Below, in pieces: positions 8,816 to 18,275 of a DNA stretch of 64,000 bases. Each line of letters opens with the position of its first letter. The first letter of the stretch is position 1. The stretch comes from Candidatus Latescibacterota bacterium. Its GTDB lineage: Bacteria; Latescibacterota; UBA2968. The translations under genes and the position numbers were made by a program. The stretch covers positions 640,001-704,000 of the forward strand of contig OZ240241.1 of the NCBI GenBank assembly GCA_965198115.1, read 5' to 3'. The notes under the pieces are model-generated. The model was not told where the DNA came from. It made no database searches and saw only the letters and a list, made by a program, of their open reading frames with translations.

Positions 8816-9054
8816 GGAGCCGTCCGGTCAACGCAGATGTGAAGGAGAGGTGGCCTTTGGAGAACGTCAACCGCGAAGGCGATCAGTGGCTGACGCTGAT
8901 CGACGAGCACGCGAGGCCAATCGGTCAGCTGCGATTGCGGCTCATTGATCCGAACTGTCGAGGGTGGTTCGAAGTAGCAGGGCGTTATTGGGGAGCGCCG
9001 GGTTTAACGTCCGTCGGAATCAGAGCGTCGGAGTTAGGGTATGTCGCTCGATAG
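8812..9054 (+). CDS. Hypothetical phage protein
   Basis: ATGA overlap with the upstream gene; paralogous to part of 7997-8437. Confidence 0.5.
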   Translation: MRSRPVNADVKERWPLENVNREGDQWLTLIDEHARPIGQLRLRLIDPNCRGWFEVAGRYWGAPGLTSVGIRASELGYVAR

Positions 9055-9064
9055 GTGAAATTTG

Positions 9065-9168
9065 TGGACAGAAAGCCGGAGGCGTCGCCGGAGAGTGTTC
9101 GCGTGGGGGCGAACAACCCAAACAGGGGAGAGGGAGCTCCTCCGGCAACGCCTCCGGCTTTCTGTCCA
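9065..9168. repeat. 29-bp inverted repeat enclosing an inner hairpin
   Basis: TGGACAGAAAGCCGGAGGCGTCGCCGGAG / CTCCGGCAACGCCTCCGGCTTTCTGTCCA, one mismatch. Confidence 0.85.
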
Positions 9169-9198
9169 ACTGAGGGATTTTGAGAAAAGGAGAAAGGG

Positions 9199-10647
9199 AT
9201 GATGGGTCAGGATGTTTTGGGTGTGCACTTGATCCGTTGGTCTGTCGCCGGGTTAGGTCCGATCAAGAACAAGGTATCGATCGAGGTGGGTGATCGGTCG
9301 ATGCTGCGGATCGGTGGGGTGAACGGATCGGGCAAGACGAGTCTCTTCGATGGGATCCGTCTGGTTCTGCTGGGTGAGCGGATCGACCCCCGCGAGATCA
9401 TCCACCACGGGAAGCGCCGCGCGGAGGTCGATGTCGATACGGACTGCTTCTACGCCAAGCGCGAGTGGTGGAGCGAAGGCGATGGCACTGTCCGCACGGA
9501 CTCGTCGATCGTTTCGAAGATGGGTGCGAAACTTGGCAAGCGCGATCTGTCACGACTGCTCAGCCCGACTCTGTTCAGTCCCAGGAAATTTGCCGATCTC
9601 CCAAATAGCACCGAAGGGCGTCGGCAATTGACGGACATGATCAGGGCATCGCTGGCCCTGGATTTCTCGGACCTCGACCAACAGATCGCCAACGTCAGGC
9701 AACTGGCAAAGCGGCTGCGCGAGCAGAAAGAGCAGGCAGAAGGCGAGCGGAAGAGTCTGTCCTGGCCCGAGGACACGCCGGAAAAGACCGTCGACATCAA
9801 GGCGCTGCTCGAGACGCAGAGGCAGATCCGCAGCCGGAACCAGCTCGCCGATTCGGTCAAGGGGATTGAGGAGGACCTGGTCGGCCTCGAAAAGCGCGAG
9901 GCCGGACGTTCGGAGCTCGATGCTGCGTGGCGATTGGTCAATGACTCTGTCGCTGAAGTCGATCGACTTCGCGAAGAACTCCGCGAGGCCGAGGACCGGC
10001 TGGCCAGGGCACGCGGGCGTGCGGCCGAACTCAAGCAAGTCGTCCCTGACGTGGTCGCCGTTACGGACATGCGAACGGTGCTCGAGAATACCAGAGAGAT
10101 GCTGGCCACTGCCGACGCGACGCTCGGCCCGAATCCTCCCGCAGAAGAAGAGATCGAAGTCCAGATCGGGTCGGCCGAGGAGGTCAATATCGCCGTGCGT
10201 GCCCGCGCTCGCGCTGCCGATCTGGACGTCAAGATTCGGGAGTTCGATAAGGGGATCAAAGACGCCAGGAACCAGGTCGGTGGATTTGAGAACGACAAGG
10301 GGGCCCGGCTGCAAGAGAACAGCCGCGGCATCGAAGGGCTCGACGTCGATCAGTTCGGCTTGCGCTATCTGGGCGCCCCCATCGAACAGGCTTCCACGGC
10401 GCAGCGCTTGGCGCTCGGTTGCGAGATCGCAGCTGTGGCCGGCGGGGATCTTCGGATCTGCTTCCTCGAGGAGGCCGCGCTATTCGACGACGAGATGATG
10501 GCCTTGGTGGAACAACGTGCACGCGAACGGAACTTCCTGGTCTTGGCGGAAGTTGCAACGCGGACCATAGAAGGCGACGACCGGACCGAGTGGGTGCTCT
10601 CTGACGGCGAGCTGGTGAAGGCACCGCCGGAGGGTGTATCGGCGTGA
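9199..10647 (+). CDS. SMC/Rad50-like ATPase
   Basis: Walker A GVNGSGKTS, long coiled coil, signature ASTAQ, Walker B/D-loop CFLEEAALFD. Confidence 0.85.
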   Translation: MMGQDVLGVHLIRWSVAGLGPIKNKVSIEVGDRSMLRIGGVNGSGKTSLFDGIRLVLLGERIDPREIIHHGKRRAEVDVDTDCFYAKREWWSEGDGTVRTDSSIVSKMGAKLGKRDLSRLLSPTLFSPRKFADLPNSTEGRRQLTDMIRASLALDFSDLDQQIANVRQLAKRLREQKEQAEGERKSLSWPEDTPEKTVDIKALLETQRQIRSRNQLADSVKGIEEDLVGLEKREAGRSELDAAWRLVNDSVAEVDRLREELREAEDRLARARGRAAELKQVVPDVVAVTDMRTVLENTREMLATADATLGPNPPAEEEIEVQIGSAEEVNIAVRARARAADLDVKIREFDKGIKDARNQVGGFENDKGARLQENSRGIEGLDVDQFGLRYLGAPIEQASTAQRLALGCEIAAVAGGDLRICFLEEAALFDDEMMALVEQRARERNFLVLAEVATRTIEGDDRTEWVLSDGELVKAPPEGVSA

Positions 10648-11579
10648 ATTCCAAAACCCCCGACCTCGATGAAGGTGTTCACGCAGGCCTCGACGAAGGG
10701 ACGTATCTCGCGCTGCCTTATGCCAGCCAGTCGAGGCTTCGCACGCTGGCCAGACACTCCCCAAAGCGGATGCGCTACGAGATGGCGCATCCCGGCGATT
10801 CGACCGACGCGCAGATCCTCGGCTCGGCGATCGACGTGGCAGTCCTCGAGCCCGATCTGCTGGACTCCCGATACGCGGTCGCGCATCAGTGTGAGGCCTT
10901 TACCAAAGGCGGCGATCGTTGCAAGAACATAGGCGCTGCCCGCTACGACGGGGAGCACTGGTTCTGCAACGTCAAGAGCCATCCGCCTACCGGGATCCTC
11001 CGGGACGACATCACGGCCCTCTCGCCGGCCGACTGGAACACGTGTGTCGACCTTCGGGATCTGTGCCGCGTTCACCCGGCCGCACAGCGTCTCCTGGCTG
11101 GCGAGCGCAAGAAGCTGGTGGCGATCTGGATCGATCCCGAAACAGGCGTGAAATGCAAAGCCGAATTCGACGTCCTCGACGACACGGAAACCTTCATCAC
11201 GGATCTCAAGTCGACGCTCGATGCATCCGATGAAGGTTTCCGCCGAGAGATCGATCGCTGGAAGTATCACTGGCAAGGCGGGTTCTATGTGCAGGGGGCG
11301 AACATTCTCGGCTTTTCGGTAGAACACTACGCGATCGTCGCGGCAGAGAAGGGAACGCCGGTCGACGTCAACTGTTTCGAGCTCTCGGGCGAGGCGCTCG
11401 ACGCCGGCTGGAAGGAGCTGCGGGTTGCCTTGAAGCGGTGGGCGTGGTGCCAAGAGGAGGGGGAGTGGCCGGGATACGATCTGGGCGTGAAGGAGATCAG
11501 CCTTCCTCCGTGGGCCTGGAAACAGATCGAGGAGCGTGTGTCGAAGGCTGAAGCGGCAGAAGAACTGGAGGTAGCCTGA
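10644..11579 (+). CDS. RecE/exonuclease VIII-like PD-(D/E)XK nuclease (DUF3799)
   Basis: KCKAEFD...ITDLKST...YHWQGGFY...AAEK...WPGY motifs. Confidence 0.85.
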   Translation: MNSKTPDLDEGVHAGLDEGTYLALPYASQSRLRTLARHSPKRMRYEMAHPGDSTDAQILGSAIDVAVLEPDLLDSRYAVAHQCEAFTKGGDRCKNIGAARYDGEHWFCNVKSHPPTGILRDDITALSPADWNTCVDLRDLCRVHPAAQRLLAGERKKLVAIWIDPETGVKCKAEFDVLDDTETFITDLKSTLDASDEGFRREIDRWKYHWQGGFYVQGANILGFSVEHYAIVAAEKGTPVDVNCFELSGEALDAGWKELRVALKRWAWCQEEGEWPGYDLGVKEISLPPWAWKQIEERVSKAEAAEELEVA

Positions 11580-12388
11580 TGGAACTCGTCGAAAGCGACG
11601 TGGGTCCGATCGAAAGCAGTCTGGACATCAGCGGCGGGACGCTCGATCGACTGATTTCGAAAGCCCAGCAGTCGCCGCGCGACATAGTGGCCTTCGCTCA
11701 AACGGTGGAGGCATCGGTCCTTCGCGATGACAAGGTCGCAGGGGATTGTCTCTTTGGTCTGCCTCGCGGAGGAAAGATGATCGAGGGTCCGAGCGTCCGT
11801 TTGGCAGAAATCCTCGTTCCGGCCTGGAAGAACGTGATGGCCGACGTGCAGGCCCTCCCTGTCGGGCCCCGAGACACCGAGGTCACATCCGTGGCCACGT
11901 TCATCGATTTAGAAAACATCGTGGCCATCCGGATCGCGACCAAGCGACGGATCACGGACAAAGGTGGCCATCGCTATTCGGACGACATGGTGGTGATGAC
12001 GCAGAACGCGAACAACGCGATCGCCTTCAGGAACGTCGTGTTCAAGGGCATCCCCCAGGCGCTCTGGTGGTCGATCTACGAGAAGGCTCGTGTCAAGGCC
12101 CTGGGCGAAGGCGGGACGATTCCGCAAAAACGCCAGGCGATGCTGGACTGGTTCGGCAAGCTGGGCGTTGAGCCTGCTCAGATCCTCACCCGCCTGAAGG
12201 TTGCAGGAACGTCTGACATCAGTATCGACGAGCTCGTGACACTCAAAGGCCTCGGAAACGCGATCAAGGAAGGTGAGATCACTGTTGAGCAGGCTTTCGC
12301 TGGTGGGGCCGTACTTGGCGCGCCGCCCGACGACGGATCCCTGAACCAGCGTCTTGAGAAGGAGAAGAATGGGGACGGCGGGCAGTAA
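11579..12388 (+). CDS. Phage recombination-module protein (putative single-strand annealing protein)
   Basis: PRGGKMIEGPSVRLAE block; coupled to the exonuclease in the slot where annealing proteins sit. Function inferred from position only. Confidence 0.55.
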   Translation: MELVESDVGPIESSLDISGGTLDRLISKAQQSPRDIVAFAQTVEASVLRDDKVAGDCLFGLPRGGKMIEGPSVRLAEILVPAWKNVMADVQALPVGPRDTEVTSVATFIDLENIVAIRIATKRRITDKGGHRYSDDMVVMTQNANNAIAFRNVVFKGIPQALWWSIYEKARVKALGEGGTIPQKRQAMLDWFGKLGVEPAQILTRLKVAGTSDISIDELVTLKGLGNAIKEGEITVEQAFAGGAVLGAPPDDGSLNQRLEKEKNGDGGQ

Positions 12389-12542
12389 CGGGAGTCGGAT
12401 CAGAACATAGCTCGCCGCGCGAAGGAACGCACCAGGACGAAGGGTAGTTGCTCCCCGCCGTTCTTCTCCCTGGATCTTCCCACCGGCAGCCGGGCTTTCC
12501 CCTGCTCGGCTGCCGACCCCCAACCCTACGAGAGGAACACCG

Positions 12543-12974
12543 GTGTCCGATTTCGATCTGACCCAGATCAAGGCACGTCCAGGCGAGAAGACCGACGTCC
12601 GCTTTTTCGACGAGAACAGCGTCGGGGGCAATGGCGACTACGACTCGAAGAAATCTGCCGACCCTCCGCGCCCCGAGCTCTACAATGCGATGAACGCGCT
12701 CGTTCCGTTCGCCTGCGAGACGCTGGGGCTCCCCGAGTCCTACGGGACGGGCATGGAGATCGTCGACGTGAAGGTCTGCAAACGCGACGAGGGCGAGAGC
12801 CTGATCATCAAGTTCACAAAAACGATCGACGACGAGGAAGAAATCGACTGGTCGCCAAGGGTCCCCCAGGTGCCCGTGGAGTCTGCCGAAGTCACGGAGA
12901 TCGTGAACCGGATCCGGGAAGAAGCCAGCCTCTTCGTCCAAGGCAAACGCGTTCAGCAGGAGCTGGCACTTTAA
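12543..12974 (+). CDS. Hypothetical phage protein
   Basis: GAGG RBS, GTG start, 143 aa, operon spacing. Confidence 0.65.
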   Translation: MSDFDLTQIKARPGEKTDVRFFDENSVGGNGDYDSKKSADPPRPELYNAMNALVPFACETLGLPESYGTGMEIVDVKVCKRDEGESLIIKFTKTIDDEEEIDWSPRVPQVPVESAEVTEIVNRIREEASLFVQGKRVQQELAL

Positions 12975-12976
12975 GC

Positions 12977-13270
12977 ATGAAGAACAAGGCCGGGTATCCC
13001 TTCGAACAGGGCCTTCCTGTCAAAGTCGTCCTGCGTCTTCTCCACGCAGACTTCACCAAGGCCGACTACAAGCTCTACCTCCAGACTCCTCACTGGAAGA
13101 ACATGCGCAAGGAGGTTTTCGCCATTCAGGGTTCGCAGTGTCGAATGTGCGGGACCCGGAAGAACCTGCAGGTTCACCACACCCCCGCTGCGTACAAGCG
13201 ACTCTTTCGCGAGGATCCGAAGCGCGACCTCTCTCCGACGTGTAAGCGGTGCCACCGAAAGAACCACTGA
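12977..13270 (+). CDS. HNH endonuclease
   Basis: YLQTPHW...CRMCG...LQVHH...CKRCH...H. Confidence 0.85.
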   Translation: MKNKAGYPFEQGLPVKVVLRLLHADFTKADYKLYLQTPHWKNMRKEVFAIQGSQCRMCGTRKNLQVHHTPAAYKRLFREDPKRDLSPTCKRCHRKNH

Positions 13271-13277
13271 AAACATT

Positions 13278-14024
13278 ATGGCGGGGGACTGGATCAAGGT
13301 CGAACACGTGATGCCCGACAAACCCGAGGTCAGCCTACTGGCTGATGCTCTTGAGGTGAGCCACGACGAGGTCGTCGGCAAACTCGTTCGGTTCTGGATC
13401 TGGGTAGATCAGCAGTCCATTGATGGGCGGAATCTGCACGTCACGGAGGCTCTGATAGACCGGGTCACTTTTTGTCCCGGTTTTTGCGAAAAAATGCTCC
13501 AGGTTCGGTGGCTAAAGAGACGTAAACGGAGCGGTTTCATCGTTCCCAACTTCGACCGACACAACGGTAAGTCCGCTAAAAGACGGGTACTTAAGACACA
13601 ATGGAAGAGGGACAAAAGGTCGTCATCCAAAGACGACAATTTGGAGACAAAAGAGCGACCAGAGAAAGACTCTTCTCTCTCTCTTCTCTCTAAGGGTTCT
13701 GAAGTACCAGAGGGGGGTGTGGGGGGAGGGAAGCTGGACCCGCTCATCAAACCGCTTCAGGAGGCTGGCGTGCTTCTCCCGATCCCGAACAGTCTCCCTC
13801 GGGAAGAACGAGACCAGGTCCAAAACCGAGCGCTCGCGTTTGTTGACGAGCACGGACCGGAGAAGGCCGAGGAACTGATGCGATCGATCCTCGACGAGAA
13901 ACCGAAGACCCTGAACCAGGCGCTCTTCTTCATCGAACGGAGCCAAGATGCAGACCGTGGGCAGAGCGGTATCCCGCGAAGCGCGACAGGCGTCGCCACC
14001 TACGACGGTAGCCGATCCAGCTGA
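13278..14024 (+). CDS. Phage replication initiator
   Basis: MAGDWIKV...DKPEV...VVGKLVRFWIW...PNFDRHNGKSAKRR N-terminus; upstream of a DnaC-like gene. Confidence 0.8.
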   Translation: MAGDWIKVEHVMPDKPEVSLLADALEVSHDEVVGKLVRFWIWVDQQSIDGRNLHVTEALIDRVTFCPGFCEKMLQVRWLKRRKRSGFIVPNFDRHNGKSAKRRVLKTQWKRDKRSSSKDDNLETKERPEKDSSLSLLSKGSEVPEGGVGGGKLDPLIKPLQEAGVLLPIPNSLPREERDQVQNRALAFVDEHGPEKAEELMRSILDEKPKTLNQALFFIERSQDADRGQSGIPRSATGVATYDGSRSS

Positions 14025-14847
14025 CCTGATCGAAGACGAGACCTTCTGTCGCGTCTGCTACAACAGCGGCGAGATCGTGCGCACCGACGGTCTCGAGCGA
14101 TCGAAGGTTCCGTTGACCGGCCTGCCTTGTCTCCGATGCCATCCGGAAAACTTCAACCCAGCCTTCGAGGCGAGGCGCCAGGAACGTCTCGACGAATCTC
14201 TCCAGCGGGCGCGGCTGCCGGTGAAGTATCACCACAAGACGCTGTTCGACTTCGTCGACGACCCAACTCGGCTGAGCCGCGTTCGGTTCGCTCCTGTTGT
14301 TGCCAGACGGATGAAGGATGGCCGTGATCGGTTCACGCGCGAAGAGATTCAGCGCATCGGCGAGTGGAAAGAAAAGCTTGAGGGATATATCGCGAACCTC
14401 CAGGAGAACCTGAACAACGGAATCGGCGTGACGATCTGGGGCGCGACGGGGTCGGGGAAGACGCTGGCTTTCAGCATCCTGACCAATGCGACCGTCAAGG
14501 GGGGACACTCTGTCGCCTTCGTTCCAGAAGAAACGGTCCTGGGCGCGTTACGGGGAACATACGACGACGCCAGCCTTGTCTCGGAAAACGAAATGCTCGA
14601 CACGCTGCGATCGGTGAAGGCCCTGATGATCGACGACCTCGGGATCCGAGCGACCGAATGGTCGACGTCGAAGTATCACGCGCTCATCGACCCACGCTAC
14701 GACGCAGGGCTACCGACGTTCGCCTGCACCAACCTCGAGCCCGATCGACTCGCAAAGGTATACCCGCGGCTCTCGAGTAGGCTCGCCCGCAACATCGAAA
14801 TCGCGATGAACGGTCCGGACCTCAGAGGATCGGAGCTCGACGTATGA
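13948..14847 (+). CDS. DnaC/IstB-like helicase loader ATPase
   Basis: CxxC...CxxC zinc motif, Walker A GATGSGKT, Walker B LMIDDLG, TNL, SR, GPDLR. Confidence 0.9.
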   Translation: MQTVGRAVSREARQASPPTTVADPADLIEDETFCRVCYNSGEIVRTDGLERSKVPLTGLPCLRCHPENFNPAFEARRQERLDESLQRARLPVKYHHKTLFDFVDDPTRLSRVRFAPVVARRMKDGRDRFTREEIQRIGEWKEKLEGYIANLQENLNNGIGVTIWGATGSGKTLAFSILTNATVKGGHSVAFVPEETVLGALRGTYDDASLVSENEMLDTLRSVKALMIDDLGIRATEWSTSKYHALIDPRYDAGLPTFACTNLEPDRLAKVYPRLSSRLARNIEIAMNGPDLRGSELDV

Positions 14848-15224
14848 AGGTCACAGACCCTGGGGTCCAGCTCTACGCGCGGCAGCTGGGCGTCTCGCCC
14901 GAGTGGGCACTGCGCCGGCTCCAGTTCCAGCAGATCGGGCGGGAAACGAAGGACTACGACGATTCTACGATGCTCCCCGAGCTGTCGCCTTACGCGACGC
15001 GGATGCTCGGGCTTCACCTGGCGATGGACCAGGCGGATCGGATTCCCGGCACATCGCCTGTGCTCCGAAAGGAGCGCGAGGATCGCTTCGCCGAACTGCG
15101 AGAGCAAGCCGACTCGCTTACTGAGAAGATCATCTCGACGCACGGAATAGCCGGTCTCCGAAAAGTCGCCGGTGAGGTTCGCGAGCACGGGGAACGTCGA
15201 GCAGAGATGAAGGGAGCAGCGTAA
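14844..15224 (+). CDS. Hypothetical phage protein
   Basis: ATGA overlap with the upstream gene; 126 aa. Confidence 0.65.
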   Translation: MKVTDPGVQLYARQLGVSPEWALRRLQFQQIGRETKDYDDSTMLPELSPYATRMLGLHLAMDQADRIPGTSPVLRKEREDRFAELREQADSLTEKIISTHGIAGLRKVAGEVREHGERRAEMKGAA

Positions 15225-15863
15225 ATCGAACAGCCTGTAGAAGCCTACCCGCTGCAATGGCCGGCGGGATTCGAACGCGAAAACGATCCTCAGCCGTCGC
15301 GATTTTGGAAACCCTGGAGATCGGGTGGTGGCGATCGTCGGCATTCGGTCGATGAAGCACGGTATTTCGTGCAGCACGAGATCCACAGCCTGCAATACCG
15401 CGGAGACTCAGACACGGTTGTGATCAGTACCAATCTCCAGCTCCGACAGGACGGATACCCGAGGTCTGGCCAGCGCGAGCCTGATGACCAGGGCGTTGCG
15501 ATCTACTTCGATTACGACGGAGACTGGCGCGTCTTGGCCTGTGATCGGTGGAACCGAATCGCCTGCAACATCTGGGCGATCGCCAAGACCATCGAAGCGA
15601 TGCGCGGTATCGATCGCTGGGGCGTGAGTGACATGCTCAACCGTGCTTTCCTCGGTTTCAAAGGACTCCCGGAAGAGGGCAGCGGGCGACCGTGGTGGAA
15701 GACCCTCGGGCTGAACGGCGACGCACGATCGTACACCCAGGACGAAGTCAAGGTCGCATTCCGGACGCTGTCGAAGAAAATGCATCCCGACGTCGGTGGA
15801 GCTCCAGAGGAATGGCATGAACTTCAGACCGCTTACAAGCAAGCGATGGAGGCGACGGCGTGA
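15225..15863 (+). CDS. Phage J-domain (DnaJ-like) protein; true start unclear
   Basis: Frame open from 15225 with AYPLQWP, ISTNL.LR.DG.P, ACDRW and a C-terminal J domain with HPD. Confidence 0.8.
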   Translation: MEQPVEAYPLQWPAGFERENDPQPSRFWKPWRSGGGDRRHSVDEARYFVQHEIHSLQYRGDSDTVVISTNLQLRQDGYPRSGQREPDDQGVAIYFDYDGDWRVLACDRWNRIACNIWAIAKTIEAMRGIDRWGVSDMLNRAFLGFKGLPEEGSGRPWWKTLGLNGDARSYTQDEVKVAFRTLSKKMHPDVGGAPEEWHELQTAYKQAMEATA

Positions 15864-16258
15864 CCGAGTGTGCGAAGACTGCGGCGATGACTGTAAACGT
15901 CGACAGGATGGCGCACCACCTTCGCTCGCTGATGAAGGCCGAGGTGCTGAAGCTCCTGAAGCTGGGCGTGTGCTCCTGCCGCGCCCTGGAACGGTCGCTG
16001 CGAACTAAGGGCTACGGTCCCCTGCTCGGCGCGAACGGCGCAAGAGCCGTGGACCGCCTGGTGCTGGAGCTGCGCCACGACGACGGGCAGGCGATCTGTG
16101 CGATGGAGGTCGTCACCACCGACATCGTCTACACGCTCGCAGGTATCCACCAGCGGGGGCCGATGCGAGTGAGGAAATCGGTGAAGCCGGAGCAGCTTAA
16201 GAAGACATCCCCCTCTAATTCACTCTCCCCACGAAAGGATGTAGACGAATGCCAGTAG
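15860..16258 (+). CDS. Hypothetical phage protein
   Basis: GTGA overlap, GGAGG RBS. Confidence 0.55.
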   Translation: MTECAKTAAMTVNVDRMAHHLRSLMKAEVLKLLKLGVCSCRALERSLRTKGYGPLLGANGARAVDRLVLELRHDDGQAICAMEVVTTDIVYTLAGIHQRGPMRVRKSVKPEQLKKTSPSNSLSPRKDVDECQ

Positions 16259-17880
16259 AAACAGGGTTGCACGAGCTGCCGACTGAAGACCTCATCCCCA
16301 CTCCGAAGTTGCACGAGCTGCTGACCAAGGACCTCATCCCCACCGAGGACAACAAGCGGAAGGTCGATCCGAACTCGCCCGACATCCTCGAGCTTACACA
16401 GTCGGTCAAGGAGGTGGGTGTGCTGCAGCCGGTTCTGGTGCGCCCTCACCCTCAGAAAGCTGGCAAGTGGGACCTGCGTGCCGGCCATCGTCGACTGGTG
16501 GCGGCCAGGCTCGCCGACTTGGAAACGATCCCTGCGATCGTCGCTGATCTGGATGACCGTCGCGCAGCTGAGATCACGACCGTCGAGAACCTGCAGCGTG
16601 AGGACCTCTCGCCGATCGAGGAGGCCGAGCAGCTGCAGGTCATGATCGATGCGGGATGGGATATGGGGGCTTGCGCGGTGTCGATCGGGAAGGACCTGGC
16701 GTGGGTCCACTCTCGCGCCCGAATCTCCAAGCTGATCCCGGAGTTTAAGGAATTCGAGCTGGATGACGGGAGGCTGCTTTACGAAGCCTGGAGCATCGCC
16801 CACCTCGAGATGATCGCTCGCTATCCGGAAAACACGCAGAAAGAGATCTTTGCGATTTTCGAGAGGCGACATTACGTCCCGGATCTCGGGGACCTGAGGG
16901 GGACGATCGGTCGGCTCACGAACGAGCTGGACAAGGCGTCATTCGATCCGGAGGACCTCGAACTGGTGCCCGAAGCGACGTGTCCTGACTGCCCAAAACG
17001 CCGTGGTCATCATCCTGATCTGTTTCAGGAACTGGGACCCTCCATCCCGCTGAAAGAGGACGTTTGTCTGGACCCCGAATGCTACGCGATGAAGTCCCGG
17101 GTCCACGGGGAGAACGTCCTGAAGAAAGCGCAAGAGAAGGACGACAGGACGGTGGCCGTCGCAAAGATGCCGTATCACGACGAGTATCAGAAACCCGGGT
17201 CCACAAGCTATATGACTGACTACCGCCCAGCCAAGAAAGCCGACAGGGGCGCGATTCCAGCCGTCGTTGTCGGGGGCGAAGGGAAGATCGGAAGAAAGGT
17301 GTGGGTCAAGCCCACGTCCGGCTCGGGATCCTCAAGTTCCACGAAGACCGGGAAGAAGACGCTGGCCGAGAAGAAGACGGCGTTGGAGCAGCGTCGGATG
17401 CGGCACGCCCGGGCGGCGATGTGGGAGAAGATCGAGAAGATGGAGGCGGCTCCCAAAAAACCGCTGACTTGGTATGGTCAGATGATCGCCGCCGGTGCCT
17501 ATGACAGGGGGTTTGAACGCTGGAACGCAGCCGATATGGCCGCAGCCAAAAACAAGGACCTGCTAGAACACCTGTGGACTGGTATTTGGCAAGGGCTTGA
17601 AGGATACCCGCTGTTCGATGTGAACGACCGGGAGATCCCACCGAGGAAGCAGAAGGAACTTGAAGTGCTGGGTAACGAACTCGGGATCAGTTGGAAGGAT
17701 CTGGTGGCTGCCGCTGTGGAGGCCATTCCCGTCCCGAAAGCTTGGGCTGAGGAGGAGGCCGCGAAGGCGAAGGCCTCGAGCAACGGCCAGGCGAAGAAGG
17801 CACGAACCAAGAAGACGCCGAGAAAAGCGAAGAAGACGAAGCGGACCAGGAAGGTGACAAAAAAGGCCGATCGGTCGTGA
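16249..17880 (+). CDS. ParB/RepB/Spo0J family protein
   Basis: GVLQPVLVR...AGHRR (CTP-binding arginine patch)...ENLQREDLSPIEEA, HTH, CxxC...C..P.C cluster, Lys-rich tail. Confidence 0.9.
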   Translation: MPVETGLHELPTEDLIPTPKLHELLTKDLIPTEDNKRKVDPNSPDILELTQSVKEVGVLQPVLVRPHPQKAGKWDLRAGHRRLVAARLADLETIPAIVADLDDRRAAEITTVENLQREDLSPIEEAEQLQVMIDAGWDMGACAVSIGKDLAWVHSRARISKLIPEFKEFELDDGRLLYEAWSIAHLEMIARYPENTQKEIFAIFERRHYVPDLGDLRGTIGRLTNELDKASFDPEDLELVPEATCPDCPKRRGHHPDLFQELGPSIPLKEDVCLDPECYAMKSRVHGENVLKKAQEKDDRTVAVAKMPYHDEYQKPGSTSYMTDYRPAKKADRGAIPAVVVGGEGKIGRKVWVKPTSGSGSSSSTKTGKKTLAEKKTALEQRRMRHARAAMWEKIEKMEAAPKKPLTWYGQMIAAGAYDRGFERWNAADMAAAKNKDLLEHLWTGIWQGLEGYPLFDVNDREIPPRKQKELEVLGNELGISWKDLVAAAVEAIPVPKAWAEEEAAKAKASSNGQAKKARTKKTPRKAKKTKRTRKVTKKADRS

Positions 17881-18053
17881 TGGAATCATCTCCTCCCACA
17901 ACACGCAGCCGCCAACGCGTCATTGTCGGCGGTGCCTTCGACTGGCTACGGGACGCGGAGCCTTGACAGCGTGTGTATGAGGGTCTAAGTTTGCTCTTGG
18001 AGCCGCTCAACACCGAACGGAGGAAAGTCTTGGTTGATTGACAAAGACGGGTT

Positions 18054-18168
18054 CTGACATCGTGAGAGGCAGTACTCCTGCGCAGGGGATCGTTCCCGTA
18101 GGTCGCGGGTAGTAGCGAGCTGTAACGGCCGCATTCGTGAAAAATCACGGGTGCGGCCGTTTTCGTTT
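18054..18168 (+). promoter_or_regulatory. Structured leader/attenuator candidate, copy 1 (84-bp repeat plus intrinsic terminator)
   Basis: 18054-18137 matches 20488-20570 with 5 substitutions and 1 indel; 17-bp hairpin 18124-18161 followed by a T-rich tail. Confidence 0.65.
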
Positions 18169-18275
18169 GAGGAGAGAACGTGGACCTTTGCAGTGTTTTT
18201 CCAAGCTGATGAGCGGTGCGGCTCTGATCCTGGCGGCGCCGGCGCGGCCCTCGAGATGGCCCGGGACACTGTTCT

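Noticed and set aside
17880-18041. Stop-codon recoding (short ORF with an in-frame TGA near 17964)
   Set aside because: All major phage genes are intact in the standard code and many end in TGA; a single short case is not evidence.
18054-18137. Known riboswitch, hammerhead ribozyme or tRNA
   Set aside because: I could not match GEMM, CUGAnGA/GAAA or cloverleaf consensus features by eye; kept as an unassigned element.
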